This document shows, one piece after another, positions 16,143-26,568 of a DNA stretch of 58,216 nucleotides. The translations under genes were made by a program, and so were the position numbers. Position 1 is the first letter of the stretch. Each line of letters begins with the position of its first letter. Below the pieces are notes generated by a model, which was given only the letters and a program-made list of their open reading frames with translations, had not been told where the DNA came from and did not search any database. Source of the stretch: a virus (Duplodnaviria > Caudoviricetes); IMG/VR virus record IMGVR_UViG_3300043411_002890, positions 1 to 58,216 of that record. One strand, 5' to 3'.

Positions 16143-17957
16143 CTAAAATGCTACTTTTTCTAACTCATCATTTTCAATAAGTTCTTCAGCAGTAACCCAA
16201 CCTCGATTTTTTGTTAAAATCTTGTGGTCTTTAGTACATGACACAATGGTACCATCATCAAATTCAAGTTCCAAAATGTTTTCATCAATATCAAATTCCC
16301 ACAACTTCAAGACCTCTTGAACACTTCCATCGTGCGTATAGACCCAATCTCCCTCTTTAATATCTTTGATCATTTTTTTAGATTTGTGAAGCGGCATACA
16401 AACATTAGTGTTGGGAACAAAACAGCCTCTACCAGCACCCAGCAGCATTTTCTTTCCTATTAAAGCAAGACTTTGTGAGCATGTCAAGAAGTACCTTGGA
16501 AGGTTTAAGTGTCGTATTACGTCTAATTCTTCCATTGCTCGATCTATATATTTTTGGTCATTGAGTTTATTTTTTGCTTCAAGTCCTGCAATAGTAAGAT
16601 CAACAAGTTCATTAAAACTTATTTCATCTTCTGTTAACCCAGTTGCTTTAAGAGTATCGAGTTTTGATTGATCAATAAGTTTATTGAGACTTGGAAGTTT
16701 TGGGCTTTTATCAAAAGTTATTTTTTTATCAATTGCATCATGTGCGATATCATGCGTTCGCTCAATAGCATCACAAATTAATTCACTATACTCTTCTGGG
16801 TAAAATGACGGGAATTCAGAAACACAATATTTTTGATACGCTCCCCACATCTGATCCGCATTTTTTGGATACAGTTCATAATCTAATTCTTCAATCTGTT
16901 GCGGGATAATTGACGGGTCAATTTCTTTTAATTTCTCCGTTGTCATTTTAGACATTGTTTTGTAAATTATACGTTCTTTCCAATGATCAGGATTAGGGTA
17001 ATGACAATCCGCTGTTGCGACTAACTTGACTCCCATTTGTTTCGATAGTTCAATTAAATGATAGTTCAATATCTGTTGATATGGAAGCCTATTGAATTGA
17101 AGTTCTAAAAAGAAATTATCTTTTCCATGAAAAGAATCAACAAATCTCTCGGTTAACTCCTTAAGCTCTTTCTGAATTAGATCAAATTTATAATTTTTAA
17201 GTTTATCTATTGAATTTACATATTGATCTGAGTTTAAGTTTAGATCAATATAATGCTTTATCAGCACCTTATTATGCAAGTTTCCAAGACAAGCGCTTGT
17301 TCCGATAATGTTTCCATTAGTATTTGCTTTCAACATTTCAAAATCAATTCTTGGAAAGAAATAAAAACCATCCCGATATGAAAGAGAAGTCAGTTTAAAC
17401 AAACTGTTTAATCCAGTAGTGTTTTTTGCTAGTAATACCAAATGACTTCTGGTTCTTAACGGATTTGCTGATTTATATGACTTTGTTTCTTCTTCATTCT
17501 CAACAACGGTTGTTTCTTCATTGCCCTCTTTAGATTCTAAAATAACAACATTTTCAGTATGTTCATTCAACTCTTCAATCCGTTTTTCTTCTATTGGATC
17601 TGAAACAATAATAAGATTTTCATCTTTAGAAGATTTTTTAGTTGCCTTTTTTTGTTTTTTCAGCTCTTCTTTTTCATTTCCTATTTGTTTTCGCAGCTCT
17701 TCCCACTCTTTTATACTAGGAATGAAATATGCTTCGATTCCGTGGATTACTTTGAACGGTGAGCCACTTTTTTCGAGCCCCTCATAATATTTATATGAAT
17801 GTGAAAATGCATTCATGTTACCGTGATCGGTTATCGCGTGTGCGGTCAATCCGTTTTGTTCGGCAAACTTAAAATGATCTGGAGGTAATCCAATTGCATC
17901 ACCTATACTTCCGTTCGAGTGCGCGTGGAGATTTACATATTTTGTTGGTTTTTTCAT
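16143..17957 (-). CDS. dnaE: DNA polymerase III alpha subunit, fragment 1 (PHP domain extein 511 aa - IntN 93 aa)
   Basis: YVNLHAHS...AITDHG...GIEAY...HLVLLAKN...SACL...ATADCHY...GAGRG|CFVPNTNV...TKDH...GWVTAEEL. Confidence 0.95.
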   Translation of the reverse strand: MKKPTKYVNLHAHSNGSIGDAIGLPPDHFKFAEQNGLTAHAITDHGNMNAFSHSYKYYEGLEKSGSPFKVIHGIEAYFIPSIKEWEELRKQIGNEKEELKKQKKATKKSSKDENLIIVSDPIEEKRIEELNEHTENVVILESKEGNEETTVVENEEETKSYKSANPLRTRSHLVLLAKNTTGLNSLFKLTSLSYRDGFYFFPRIDFEMLKANTNGNIIGTSACLGNLHNKVLIKHYIDLNLNSDQYVNSIDKLKNYKFDLIQKELKELTERFVDSFHGKDNFFLELQFNRLPYQQILNYHLIELSKQMGVKLVATADCHYPNPDHWKERIIYKTMSKMTTEKLKEIDPSIIPQQIEELDYELYPKNADQMWGAYQKYCVSEFPSFYPEEYSELICDAIERTHDIAHDAIDKKITFDKSPKLPSLNKLIDQSKLDTLKATGLTEDEISFNELVDLTIAGLEAKNKLNDQKYIDRAMEELDVIRHLNLPRYFLTCSQSLALIGKKMLLGAGRGCFVPNTNVCMPLHKSKKMIKDIKEGDWVYTHDGSVQEVLKLWEFDIDENILELEFDDGTIVSCTKDHKILTKNRGWVTAEELIENDELEKVAF

Positions 17958-17962
17958 GATTT

Positions 17963-18232
17963 TTATGCCAGGATAAGCTGATCTGGGGAACTTACGCCGA
18001 TTTCTACGGTGTTCGTGTTTTTATTAAAAACAACATTGATATTGATATACCAATGTTGATTCAAAGGCTCTCTAGAACGATGAAAAAGCATTATATTAAT
18101 TAATTCTATCTGAATAAGATCTAACGTTTCGGTGGTTATTGGATAACCCGCGAATTTCGCATATATCTCTTTAGAATAATAACCTAGCAATTGCTCTAAA
18201 AATATCTTTGATATTATTATCTTATTTTCCAC
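17963..18232 (-). CDS. Hypothetical protein
   Basis: 89-aa ORF in operon context. Confidence 0.65.
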   Translation of the reverse strand: MENKIIISKIFLEQLLGYYSKEIYAKFAGYPITTETLDLIQIELINIMLFHRSREPLNQHWYININVVFNKNTNTVEIGVSSPDQLILA

Positions 18233-18626
18233 TGTTGATTTCCTTTACCATAGTTTTTAACTCATAAAAGTTTATTGGATTGTTCAATAATTTATTCTTT
18301 TCTCCTTCAGAGAATTGTTCAAAAACATCATCAGATATAATATGTGAATCGTAAAATCTTGCAATTTCAATATCAATCTTACGTAAGATTTTTACAGAAA
18401 ATATAAAATTTATTGATTTTCCATAGCCAGATTCGGAAAAATAAGATGTAAGCTCTCGCTCATCTAATTCAACCAAATCTTTCAGTCGAACATCCATAGA
18501 ATGTTCCATATTTAAAAATAAGCCTAAAAAAGTATTTATGGTGAATTTTCCATAAATCGGACTTTTATAGATAAAAGGTTTTTCTTTTATAGTTGTAAAA
18601 AATTTTCTATATATTTCATGTACCAT
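18222..18626 (-). CDS. Hypothetical protein
   Basis: 134-aa ORF with overlapping ends. Confidence 0.7.
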   Translation of the reverse strand: MVHEIYRKFFTTIKEKPFIYKSPIYGKFTINTFLGLFLNMEHSMDVRLKDLVELDERELTSYFSESGYGKSINFIFSVKILRKIDIEIARFYDSHIISDDVFEQFSEGEKNKLLNNPINFYELKTMVKEINSGK

Positions 18627-19347
18627 ATTGTTTAAACCTTAAAGGTTCGTCGTGGATCATAGTAGCAAGTCTTGTGTCAGAAAAAATATCAGTTAACTTT
18701 CTTGGCATTCCATTTAACAAACAATCGTTTTTAATCATTCTTAACCCATGTGAATAATCAACATAAGAAACAATATGATCAATAGCGTTTAAATTTTGAA
18801 TAACAGTACCATCAGAATTAAACCACCCATAAATCGCAACATTGTTTTTATATTTTGGATTTGCTAAAATATTTGTAAGAACAACATCTTTTTTATGACC
18901 TGCAATGAGATTGTCTTCTTTATGACCAAGTTGGATCATTTGTGATTTAATTTTATTTGAGTGATCTAAATAACATTTTGTGGAATCTCTATTAAATTTC
19001 TTTTCGACATTCTTGTAAAGTTCACCCCAAGCAACAGCACGGGGTTTTGTTATCGCTGCCGAATAAATCTGTCTAACCATTTTCGGTGTGGGTAAAATGT
19101 AGTCATTAGTACGCATGAACGCGCGCGGTGTCAAGGGCGACATTGGACAATGTATCCAACCAAAGTTATCTCCGAGAGAAAGATAATCATTCGAAACATA
19201 ATATTCCAATACATCTTGCCCTTGAGTTACTTTAACTGTTGAAAACCCAAAATTAATATTCAGTCCTGAAAATAAAAAAGACTCTATTTCTTTCTCTCTA
19301 TTGCGAGAGGTAGATAGAGTCTGAAAAATTTTGTGATTAGTATCCAT
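18616..19347 (-). CDS. Conserved-looking hypothetical protein, function unknown
   Basis: DYLSLG...LPTPKMV...LIAGHKKDVVL...VAIYGW...YVDYSHG resembles an uncharacterised bacterial domain. Confidence 0.75.
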   Translation of the reverse strand: MDTNHKIFQTLSTSRNREKEIESFLFSGLNINFGFSTVKVTQGQDVLEYYVSNDYLSLGDNFGWIHCPMSPLTPRAFMRTNDYILPTPKMVRQIYSAAITKPRAVAWGELYKNVEKKFNRDSTKCYLDHSNKIKSQMIQLGHKEDNLIAGHKKDVVLTNILANPKYKNNVAIYGWFNSDGTVIQNLNAIDHIVSYVDYSHGLRMIKNDCLLNGMPRKLTDIFSDTRLATMIHDEPLRFKQYGT

Positions 19348-19366
19348 TCAGCTAAATATAACTGAA

Positions 19367-21571
19367 TTAACCTTCACATGCTTTACATTCATCAATACTT
19401 CTAAAGTAAGGTTTTTCTTCTATTATGGTTTCAACTTGATCTATTGTACGTCTTTCATATCCGCGGCTTCCAGAATCACCTTTAAGTGGAGAAGATGTTC
19501 TACAGTAATATAAACTATTTAAACCTTCCTTCCAGGCTTGGACATGTATTTCATGAAAATATTTTGGATCAACATTTGACGGGAAAAAGATGTTAATCGA
19601 TTGCCCTTGATCTATCCACCGTTGCCTTTGTCCAGCTAATTTAATAATTGTGAATTGATTTATTTCTCTTGCGGTCGCAAAAACTTCTTTTTCATTTTGA
19701 GACAGAAAATCGAGATGCTGTACTGAACCTTGATTTGAAGTTATTGAATTCCAAACCTCTTCTGTGTTTTGTCCTTTTTCTTCTAAAAGTTTTAGAAGTT
19801 CTTGATTTTTTGTGATAAATGTTCCTTTGGCTGATTTTTTTGCAAAAACATTTGCGGTCCACGGTTCAATTGATGGAGAAACATTTCCTGATATTGTACT
19901 ATTTGAAACAGTTGGAGCAAGCGCTATTCTGTGTGTGTTTCTGACGCCATATCCCTTGCACCATTCGGGTTCGCCATACTCTTTTGCGAGATCCTTGGAA
20001 GCTCTAAGAGATTCCTTGTCCATTGTTCTAAAAATTTCTGCATTTAGCATAAATGTATCCATATGATCAAATGGTAAACGACGTTGCTGTAACAGTGAAT
20101 GAAAACCTAAAAGGCCCAAGCCAAGTGCTCTAGATTTTTCCGCAAATCTTACAGAACGTTCGAACCCATCTTTACCTTTAGCCTTATCAATAAATTCTTG
20201 CATAACACCATCAAGAAACCAAATTGATGTATAAATCAAATCAGAATTCTTCCATTCGTCATATTTTGCAGCATTTAAAGAAGACAAACAGCAAACAAAA
20301 GAATGGTCTTTATCTGTATGTAAAAAAATCTCAGTATTTCCAGTCATCAAACCATTTGCAAGTCCAAATTTACCAGTTGTTGGTAATTCAGGACAGAATA
20401 CAGGTTCCATTTTGTTTAGATCTTCTATCTTTACAATCCTATTCCACTCTTGAATATCTTTGGTTATAAACGAGACTGGTTCTATCAAATCGCCTATTTC
20501 TAACCCAGAAGTACGAACAACATTAAAAATGAAATTTGATTTTTCAATTTCATTTTTTGCAACAAACCATCGATGTTCTAAATTACAATCTACATAAGAG
20601 CCATCAGATATGTGTACACGATATAAAGAATCTACTCCCCTTTGTTTAAAAGATGAATTTTTAACCCAATTAATTCCATCCCAAACCTCAACAATTTTAT
20701 TACTTAATGAGTCAATTCTTTGTGGTCCTTCTTTTGTTAAGACTAAAGTATCCCCAGACACACAACATATATTTGAACCTTTAACATCTAAATTAAGATC
20801 TTTATAGATCTGTGGTCTGTTTTTTGCCACATTATCCGTAAAGAATATATAAGGCTCGCCAGTTTCATGTCTTGTTTTGAGAGTTTCAACCCAAAGCTCT
20901 CTAGCCTTTTTATCTTTTTTTACAAGAACTTTATCCATGAACTCATCTGAAATACAAAATCCGTGATGGGTGTTTAATGTTTGTCGATTAACATCCCCTT
21001 GTGGTTTGCGAATGTTTAAAAACTCTTCAGCATCTCCATGTTCAATTGACAAATAGGACGCGGAAGCTCCTCTTCTAACACCTCCCTGGGAAACTCCTAC
21101 TGTTGTAGAATCTTGAATTTTAAGAAATGGGACGACTCCATCTGATTTTCCATTTCCATTTGAAATTATACTTCCACGTTCTCTAACATCATTCCAATGC
21201 ATTCCAACGCCACCACCATGCTTACTTAGCAGTGCCAATTCCGTCATAGAATCCATTATTTCTTTAACGGAATCTCCAACATAAACAGAGAAACAACTAA
21301 TCGGTAAACCTCTCTCAGTTCCTATATTAGAACATACTGGAGATGCTGGGCATAACCAGCCTTTCCACATGTAATCAAAGAATTTTTCTTCTAATTCTGG
21401 TTTGTTTAACTTTGCGGCAACAGTTTTTGCGATTCTACCATACATGTCTCTAGGTTCTTCACCTTCGAGCAGATAGCCTCCCTTGAGTGTAGAATATCCT
21501 TCTATCGTTTGCCACTCTGGTACTAAACCTTTTTCTTTTAATTCTTCTATTGTTTGTTTTCTAGTTTCCAT
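19367..21571 (-). CDS. nrdA: Ribonucleotide reductase class I alpha subunit with mini-intein
   Basis: PISCF, GGGVG, QGGVRRGA, GEPY, GSNIC|intein|TEI, VCCLSSLN, IALAPTVS, SLYY, C-terminal CKACEG. Confidence 0.96.
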   Translation of the reverse strand: METRKQTIEELKEKGLVPEWQTIEGYSTLKGGYLLEGEEPRDMYGRIAKTVAAKLNKPELEEKFFDYMWKGWLCPASPVCSNIGTERGLPISCFSVYVGDSVKEIMDSMTELALLSKHGGGVGMHWNDVRERGSIISNGNGKSDGVVPFLKIQDSTTVGVSQGGVRRGASASYLSIEHGDAEEFLNIRKPQGDVNRQTLNTHHGFCISDEFMDKVLVKKDKKARELWVETLKTRHETGEPYIFFTDNVAKNRPQIYKDLNLDVKGSNICCVSGDTLVLTKEGPQRIDSLSNKIVEVWDGINWVKNSSFKQRGVDSLYRVHISDGSYVDCNLEHRWFVAKNEIEKSNFIFNVVRTSGLEIGDLIEPVSFITKDIQEWNRIVKIEDLNKMEPVFCPELPTTGKFGLANGLMTGNTEIFLHTDKDHSFVCCLSSLNAAKYDEWKNSDLIYTSIWFLDGVMQEFIDKAKGKDGFERSVRFAEKSRALGLGLLGFHSLLQQRRLPFDHMDTFMLNAEIFRTMDKESLRASKDLAKEYGEPEWCKGYGVRNTHRIALAPTVSNSTISGNVSPSIEPWTANVFAKKSAKGTFITKNQELLKLLEEKGQNTEEVWNSITSNQGSVQHLDFLSQNEKEVFATAREINQFTIIKLAGQRQRWIDQGQSINIFFPSNVDPKYFHEIHVQAWKEGLNSLYYCRTSSPLKGDSGSRGYERRTIDQVETIIEEKPYFRSIDECKACEG
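20336..20764 (-). mobile_element. Mini-intein (143 aa) immediately after the NrdA catalytic Cys
   Basis: CVSGDTLV...EHRW...VFCPEL...MTGN|T. Confidence 0.88.
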
Positions 21572-21583
21572 TTTTATTTTACC

Positions 21584-23521
21584 TTATTCGTCTCCCTCAA
21601 AGATCTTACTAAAATCAACAACACCTTTCCCATATGCTGTTTCACGATTTTGGAAAAAATCTGTTTGTGATACTCCTTGCGAAAGAGCATCAAACCAAGC
21701 CATTCGTTTTAAAGAATCTTGATCTATATTTTTCCAATTTGTTTTACATAAAACTTCGCCAAGCTTTACGTTTGCACGATTACGAACAAATTGTTTAATG
21801 TCATGCACAGTTATTCCTTCTATTTCACCATGTTCGAATACTTTGTCAATAAAAGCGTCTTCAAGCTTTATTGTTTCTCTTGCGGCTTCATAAATTCGTT
21901 GCTTAACATCGTCTGTCCAAATTTCTGGGAACTCTTTTACGAGGGTTCTAAATAGCCATGTGCCTGCCTGGGAATGCAGGGATTCATCTAAAATTGACCA
22001 ATTAATGATCTGTGAAAGACCCTTAAGCTTATTAAATCTTGAAAAGTTAAACAATATCGCAAAACTTGAAAATAAAGAAACGCCTTCAGTAAAAGCAGAG
22101 AATATTGCAAGAGAGACTGCTATTTCTTTTAAATCTTTCGTATTTGGATCAATATTCAATAATCTATCGATTTTAGCTTTGGCTGTTGGTTCTTGAAGAA
22201 ACGCATCATAATCTTTTAAATCTAAACTATCATTTAGATAGGCATATCCAATGGCATGAACAGTGTTCCCAGTAAACGCAATCTTACCATTTCTTCTAGA
22301 AATAATATTTTGAGTTGGAACAGAAACGCAATAAACCTTATCGTTATAATCTATTTCTGTTCTATATGGATATGTTTTTTCCACTTGGTTTGAAAAAGTT
22401 AAAACATAGCAAGTTTTGGCAGTTTTTGATGTTTTTCCATTTGGTAACATTACAGTTAACGACTTTTCTTTTATTCTATTAACGGATAAACTTACAGCTA
22501 TATTTCCTAATACCGAAACTGCTTGTACAAAATCAATTGCTTCTTTATTGGTATTATACCAGCTTCTACCATCGGAACCATCCCAAAACAAAACTTCTTC
22601 AACGAATTCTTTTGCTTTTTCAGTTGAAAATGTTTCTAAATTAAAATGACCAAAGTTTTTTACTTTTTCAATATCAACTAATTCTCCAACTGAGAAAGTA
22701 AAATTAACAAATCCGTCTTTTAATATTTTTTTAGAGTATGATAAGTTTAAGTCTGATAATAATAATTCTAAACGCTTTATCTTTCTTTCTTTCTTTAGTT
22801 TAAAGTCGACAGTTTTCCAGGAAGCTTTACTTTTTGGACATAAGCCTCGTAAGCAACTATCTGCTTGTAGCGCAATAAGTAGTCTTTCAAATGAAGTTAA
22901 AATTTTGCTTGACCCGACAGAAAAACCAGCATTTGGATAAAGAAAATTAGATCCCCACTTTCCTTCAAAAGATTTTTTCTTTTTCACTTTTTTACTAGAA
23001 GGATGAATCAAAATTAATTCATGATTTGGCGTGACACAAATATCGGTTGATGTCGATTTGTAAACATGCATTTTTCCATTATATGGATAGCTTACAACTC
23101 TTGAAGGATTGACAAATGTGATTTCTTTAGTGTTTATATCATATTGTGCAACAATATCTTTTATTGTTAACTCAGATACATTTTTCCATCCTAAAGATGT
23201 TAACAATTCCGTTTCTTTGTCAAAGCACTCAAATGCCCCGAATGTCGAAGCCATCATCTGAATTTCAGGGTGTGGAAACCATTTTGCGACTCTGGAAGCC
23301 CAGTAATCTTCCACAACTAATTCAGTTTGAATAAACCCTTTTAGTACACCAGCGATAACAGACCTTTCTGATTCTGTTAAATTAAGTTTCCAGTCTTGGA
23401 TATCACTACTCATTACGACCTCAAATGGAAGCCAATGACTTTGTTGTTGTTTAAGCCAAAAATCATATGCTTTTTCGTAATGAAAAGGTTTATAAGTTAT
23501 TCTTTTATCTATGATTGTCAT
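21584..23521 (-). CDS. nrdB: Ribonucleotide reductase class I beta subunit with intein
   Basis: HWLPFEV..SDIQDW...FE|intein|TVHAIGY...EGVSLFSSF...DESLH...DFF. Confidence 0.95.
   Translation of the reverse strand: MTIIDKRITYKPFHYEKAYDFWLKQQQSHWLPFEVVMSSDIQDWKLNLTESERSVIAGVLKGFIQTELVVEDYWASRVAKWFPHPEIQMMASTFGAFECFDKETELLTSLGWKNVSELTIKDIVAQYDINTKEITFVNPSRVVSYPYNGKMHVYKSTSTDICVTPNHELILIHPSSKKVKKKKSFEGKWGSNFLYPNAGFSVGSSKILTSFERLLIALQADSCLRGLCPKSKASWKTVDFKLKKERKIKRLELLLSDLNLSYSKKILKDGFVNFTFSVGELVDIEKVKNFGHFNLETFSTEKAKEFVEEVLFWDGSDGRSWYNTNKEAIDFVQAVSVLGNIAVSLSVNRIKEKSLTVMLPNGKTSKTAKTCYVLTFSNQVEKTYPYRTEIDYNDKVYCVSVPTQNIISRRNGKIAFTGNTVHAIGYAYLNDSLDLKDYDAFLQEPTAKAKIDRLLNIDPNTKDLKEIAVSLAIFSAFTEGVSLFSSFAILFNFSRFNKLKGLSQIINWSILDESLHSQAGTWLFRTLVKEFPEIWTDDVKQRIYEAARETIKLEDAFIDKVFEHGEIEGITVHDIKQFVRNRANVKLGEVLCKTNWKNIDQDSLKRMAWFDALSQGVSQTDFFQNRETAYGKGVVDFSKIFEGDE
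22265..23227 (-). mobile_element. Intein (321 aa) with LAGLIDADG-like endonuclease region, inside the NrdB ExxH iron-ligand motif
   Basis: CFDKETELLT...TPNH...LQADS...LFWDGS...VYCVSVP...FTGN|T. Confidence 0.88.
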
Positions 23522-23548
23522 TTCTTGTATAACCGTTCTTTTTAATTT

Positions 23549-24985
23549 TTATTCGTTGAAAACGTCTTTAATATCGTTATTCATTTCTTTAATTTGTTTT
23601 TGCTTATCTTTTAAGAAGTTCTTAAGTTCAGACTTTTTATTATTGTTTGTTGCTTGTTTAGCTATAAGATCTTTAGATGTGTTTTCAACACCCTCTGATT
23701 CTTCTAAAACAACAACAGTTGATTTAGCAGTATCCATTGAGATGTTGAACGTTCTATCTTTCACACCCATTCTATTTTTAGCAACATGTAAAGTGCCAAA
23801 ACCAGATTTTTGAAAAAGACCTAAAATAAAATCAGCTTCTGCCGCCTGTGCGTAAGACTCAGCAAGATTCGTTTCATCGACAACCCCAGTTTTAGTACCT
23901 TCTTTATTGGATTGCAATGCCGTCCAAACAGGAGATGCCATTTCTTTAGCTAATGCTCTTAGCTCTCTTATGATTAATTGTAGTTCAATTCTAGTATGCT
24001 CATGCTTCTCGGTGCTTCTAACGAGCGCTGCGTAGTCAACGATTATCAAATCAGGCTTGAGATTTTTGTAAGCCATTTTTTCAATAAACGATCTCAGTGT
24101 TCCGACCGTTGGAACACCAGACGGATATTCTTTAATAATCAATTTACCAAGAACACCTCGTGATTTAAGCTCTTCAATTTCAGATCTGACGATATCTTTA
24201 TTTTCATCCAGGTCAGAACAGTTTATTTTTGTTATATATGAATCATAACGTAATGCAACATATTCTTCTGGCATTTCCATTGTAAAATGGAAAACGGTTT
24301 TGCCTCTTAAAAGTCCTTCTGCTCCAAATTGAATCAATAAGTGTGATTTACCATGATTGGTTGGTGCAACGATAATACCTATCTCTTTTGGAGCCAAACC
24401 TCCATTTAGAATTATCTTCTGATCAATTTCTGGTATTCCTGTAGAAATTGGAACCCGAGCTTCTTTTGAATAACGTCTATCGAATTCTTCTGTGTAATCT
24501 AATCCTTGACTTTGGGTGATTCCAAAACTAGAAACTTCTTTTATTTTTTGAACAACTAAATCATAGTTTCCTTCGTCAACAAACGCTGTCGCTTCCAATA
24601 CTGTTTGATATGTCTTCTGTTTTTTGCACCAATCAAGAGATTTTTCTTTTGCATATTTCAAATCTCCAAGATGTTTATTAGCCTTCACTTCAGATAAAAA
24701 TGTTTCAACTCTTGACTTGAGAGAAATATCTCCACTAAAAGATTCATTTACCATTGATGACAATAAATCAGTTGATGGAAACTCTTTGTATTTTTGATAA
24801 TGTTTAACGTATAGTTTGGACAAGGCTTGAAGATGTAATGAATCATCATCAAAAAAATCTGGGGAGAATACTTCTAGGAAGCCTCCCGCCCATTCTTTAT
24901 CCACAATCATTGCTTGCATGATTCTTTCCTGCATAGCTTGGTTCCAGTTGTTAGTCGAAAAAGAGGCTTGAATTATTTCACTCAT
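23549..24985 (-). CDS. dnaB: Replicative DNA helicase, DnaB / T4 gp41-like
   Basis: Walker A APTNHGKS, FTMEM, LIIVDY, WTALQSN, AKNRMG. Confidence 0.9.
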   Translation of the reverse strand: MSEIIQASFSTNNWNQAMQERIMQAMIVDKEWAGGFLEVFSPDFFDDDSLHLQALSKLYVKHYQKYKEFPSTDLLSSMVNESFSGDISLKSRVETFLSEVKANKHLGDLKYAKEKSLDWCKKQKTYQTVLEATAFVDEGNYDLVVQKIKEVSSFGITQSQGLDYTEEFDRRYSKEARVPISTGIPEIDQKIILNGGLAPKEIGIIVAPTNHGKSHLLIQFGAEGLLRGKTVFHFTMEMPEEYVALRYDSYITKINCSDLDENKDIVRSEIEELKSRGVLGKLIIKEYPSGVPTVGTLRSFIEKMAYKNLKPDLIIVDYAALVRSTEKHEHTRIELQLIIRELRALAKEMASPVWTALQSNKEGTKTGVVDETNLAESYAQAAEADFILGLFQKSGFGTLHVAKNRMGVKDRTFNISMDTAKSTVVVLEESEGVENTSKDLIAKQATNNNKKSELKNFLKDKQKQIKEMNNDIKDVFNE

Positions 24986-25110
24986 GTTTTTTACTTATTT
25001 TTCCCTTTGTTTCATTTTCATTTAAACGTGCAAAAATACAGCTAAAACAGCCTTTTTATCTTTATAGGTCATGGGGTAAAGATAAAGAGTGTCCTAGCAA
25101 AAATTTTCTA

Positions 25111-26091
25111 TCAGCGTACTAATTTTTTTAGATCAGACAAAAAATAATCCCATTCTTGAGTCTGTTGAAGTTTTGCCGCAAACAAAATTTTAACAAACTC
25201 CATTTTTTTCAAAACATTATTTCTTTCTGAAAGTTGATTATCCACTTCCGCAATTTGTGACGCGGACAATACATTTGTTGATAAATGCATTAGTTTCCAA
25301 TTCTTCTCAATTATATCGAAACTTTCATGTAAAGTCTTCAATGCTTTTGTTGGTTTTTTAGTTTCATTGAATAATGAATTGGTCTTTTCTTTCAACCATT
25401 GAATGTCTTTCTCTGATTCTAAAAGCTCTGGGAACATCTTGTGCGCCGTTTTTTCTCCGATACCATCAATCCCAGGGATTGAATCAGAATTATCCCCAAT
25501 CATTGTTCTTAACAAGCAAACATTTTCTGGTAAAACTCCAAATTTTTCCTTAACAAACTCCTTGGAGATAAAATGTTTTTTCAACGGATCATAAATTTGA
25601 ATAGTATCATCTACTAAAAGTTGATAGAAATCTTTGTCGGCAGATAAAATAACCTTTTTCTTTGCAGCTTTTAATTTAGATGTGGCAATATACGCAATAA
25701 TATCATCACATTCTGTGTTTTCAACATATACTTGATATATTGGCAAACAATCTAATAAACTTATTAACAAGCTCAATTGCTTGGGTTTGTTATTATCATC
25801 AAAAAATGGATTTACTCTGCCGTCTTTACGGTATTGATTAAACTCTTTTATTTCTGATAGTTTATGACTTCCAGCTTTATAAGCTGGATCTATTGATTTT
25901 CTTCTTGGTGAAGGACCACCTTGTTCCCAAACAACGATTATTTCTTGTGGTTGAATTGTCTTATATGTATATTTTAAAGTATTAATAAATCCAATTACAC
26001 CACCAACAAGATCACCGCTTGCGGTGACAGATTGATTAGCAACAAAATTTCTCATAAAGTTATTAAATCCATCAACTATTAGTATTGACAT
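25111..26091 (-). CDS. 5'-3' exonuclease / flap endonuclease (Pol I N-terminal, T4 RNase H-like)
   Basis: ILIVDGFN...RRKSIDPAYKA...ECDDII...SADKDFYQL...GDNSDSIPGIDGIGEKTA. Confidence 0.92.
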   Translation of the reverse strand: MSILIVDGFNNFMRNFVANQSVTASGDLVGGVIGFINTLKYTYKTIQPQEIIVVWEQGGPSPRRKSIDPAYKAGSHKLSEIKEFNQYRKDGRVNPFFDDNNKPKQLSLLISLLDCLPIYQVYVENTECDDIIAYIATSKLKAAKKKVILSADKDFYQLLVDDTIQIYDPLKKHFISKEFVKEKFGVLPENVCLLRTMIGDNSDSIPGIDGIGEKTAHKMFPELLESEKDIQWLKEKTNSLFNETKKPTKALKTLHESFDIIEKNWKLMHLSTNVLSASQIAEVDNQLSERNNVLKKMEFVKILFAAKLQQTQEWDYFLSDLKKLVR

Positions 26092-26094
26092 TTT

Positions 26095-26568
26095 TTAATT
26101 TGAAACACTTTCTATTCCAAGGTCGGAATAAATTTCAGGAAATTGATCATTTTGCATATATCCTTTTGATCTAAGCCAGCAATAATAATAAAAAATAGCT
26201 TTAACAACGGTCTTTATAATCTCAGTTGGTATTTCAGAAACCTCTTTTTTAATAAAGTTATGATTAACTTTATTAATGGCGTCTATAAAAGGAAATGTTA
26301 TCGTTTGCTCATATTTTTTATAATCAATCTGATAAGATTGACACAATTCTTCAGATGTTGTTTTTTTGAAATCAACAAGAAATTTTTGAAATTCAGAAGT
26401 CATTTCAGGTGTAGTACCACAAAATCTAATATAGATCTTTTCACCTTGTGAACTCACGATATAAATTTGTGTACTATCCTCTATTAACAAGTCATGAGAT
26501 TTGAAATCTCCATTAGATTTACCATATACTAATATATCAAATTTTTTGATATAGTCTTCAACTATCAT
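26095..26568 (-). CDS. Hypothetical protein
   Basis: 157-aa ORF coupled to dut. Confidence 0.7.
   Translation of the reverse strand: MIVEDYIKKFDILVYGKSNGDFKSHDLLIEDSTQIYIVSSQGEKIYIRFCGTTPEMTSEFQKFLVDFKKTTSEELCQSYQIDYKKYEQTITFPFIDAINKVNHNFIKKEVSEIPTEIIKTVVKAIFYYYCWLRSKGYMQNDQFPEIYSDLGIESVSN

Noticed and set aside
25054-25087. AT-rich inverted repeat between the exonuclease and helicase genes
   Set aside because: Low-complexity stem without a clear U tract; could be a terminator or processing site but support is too weak
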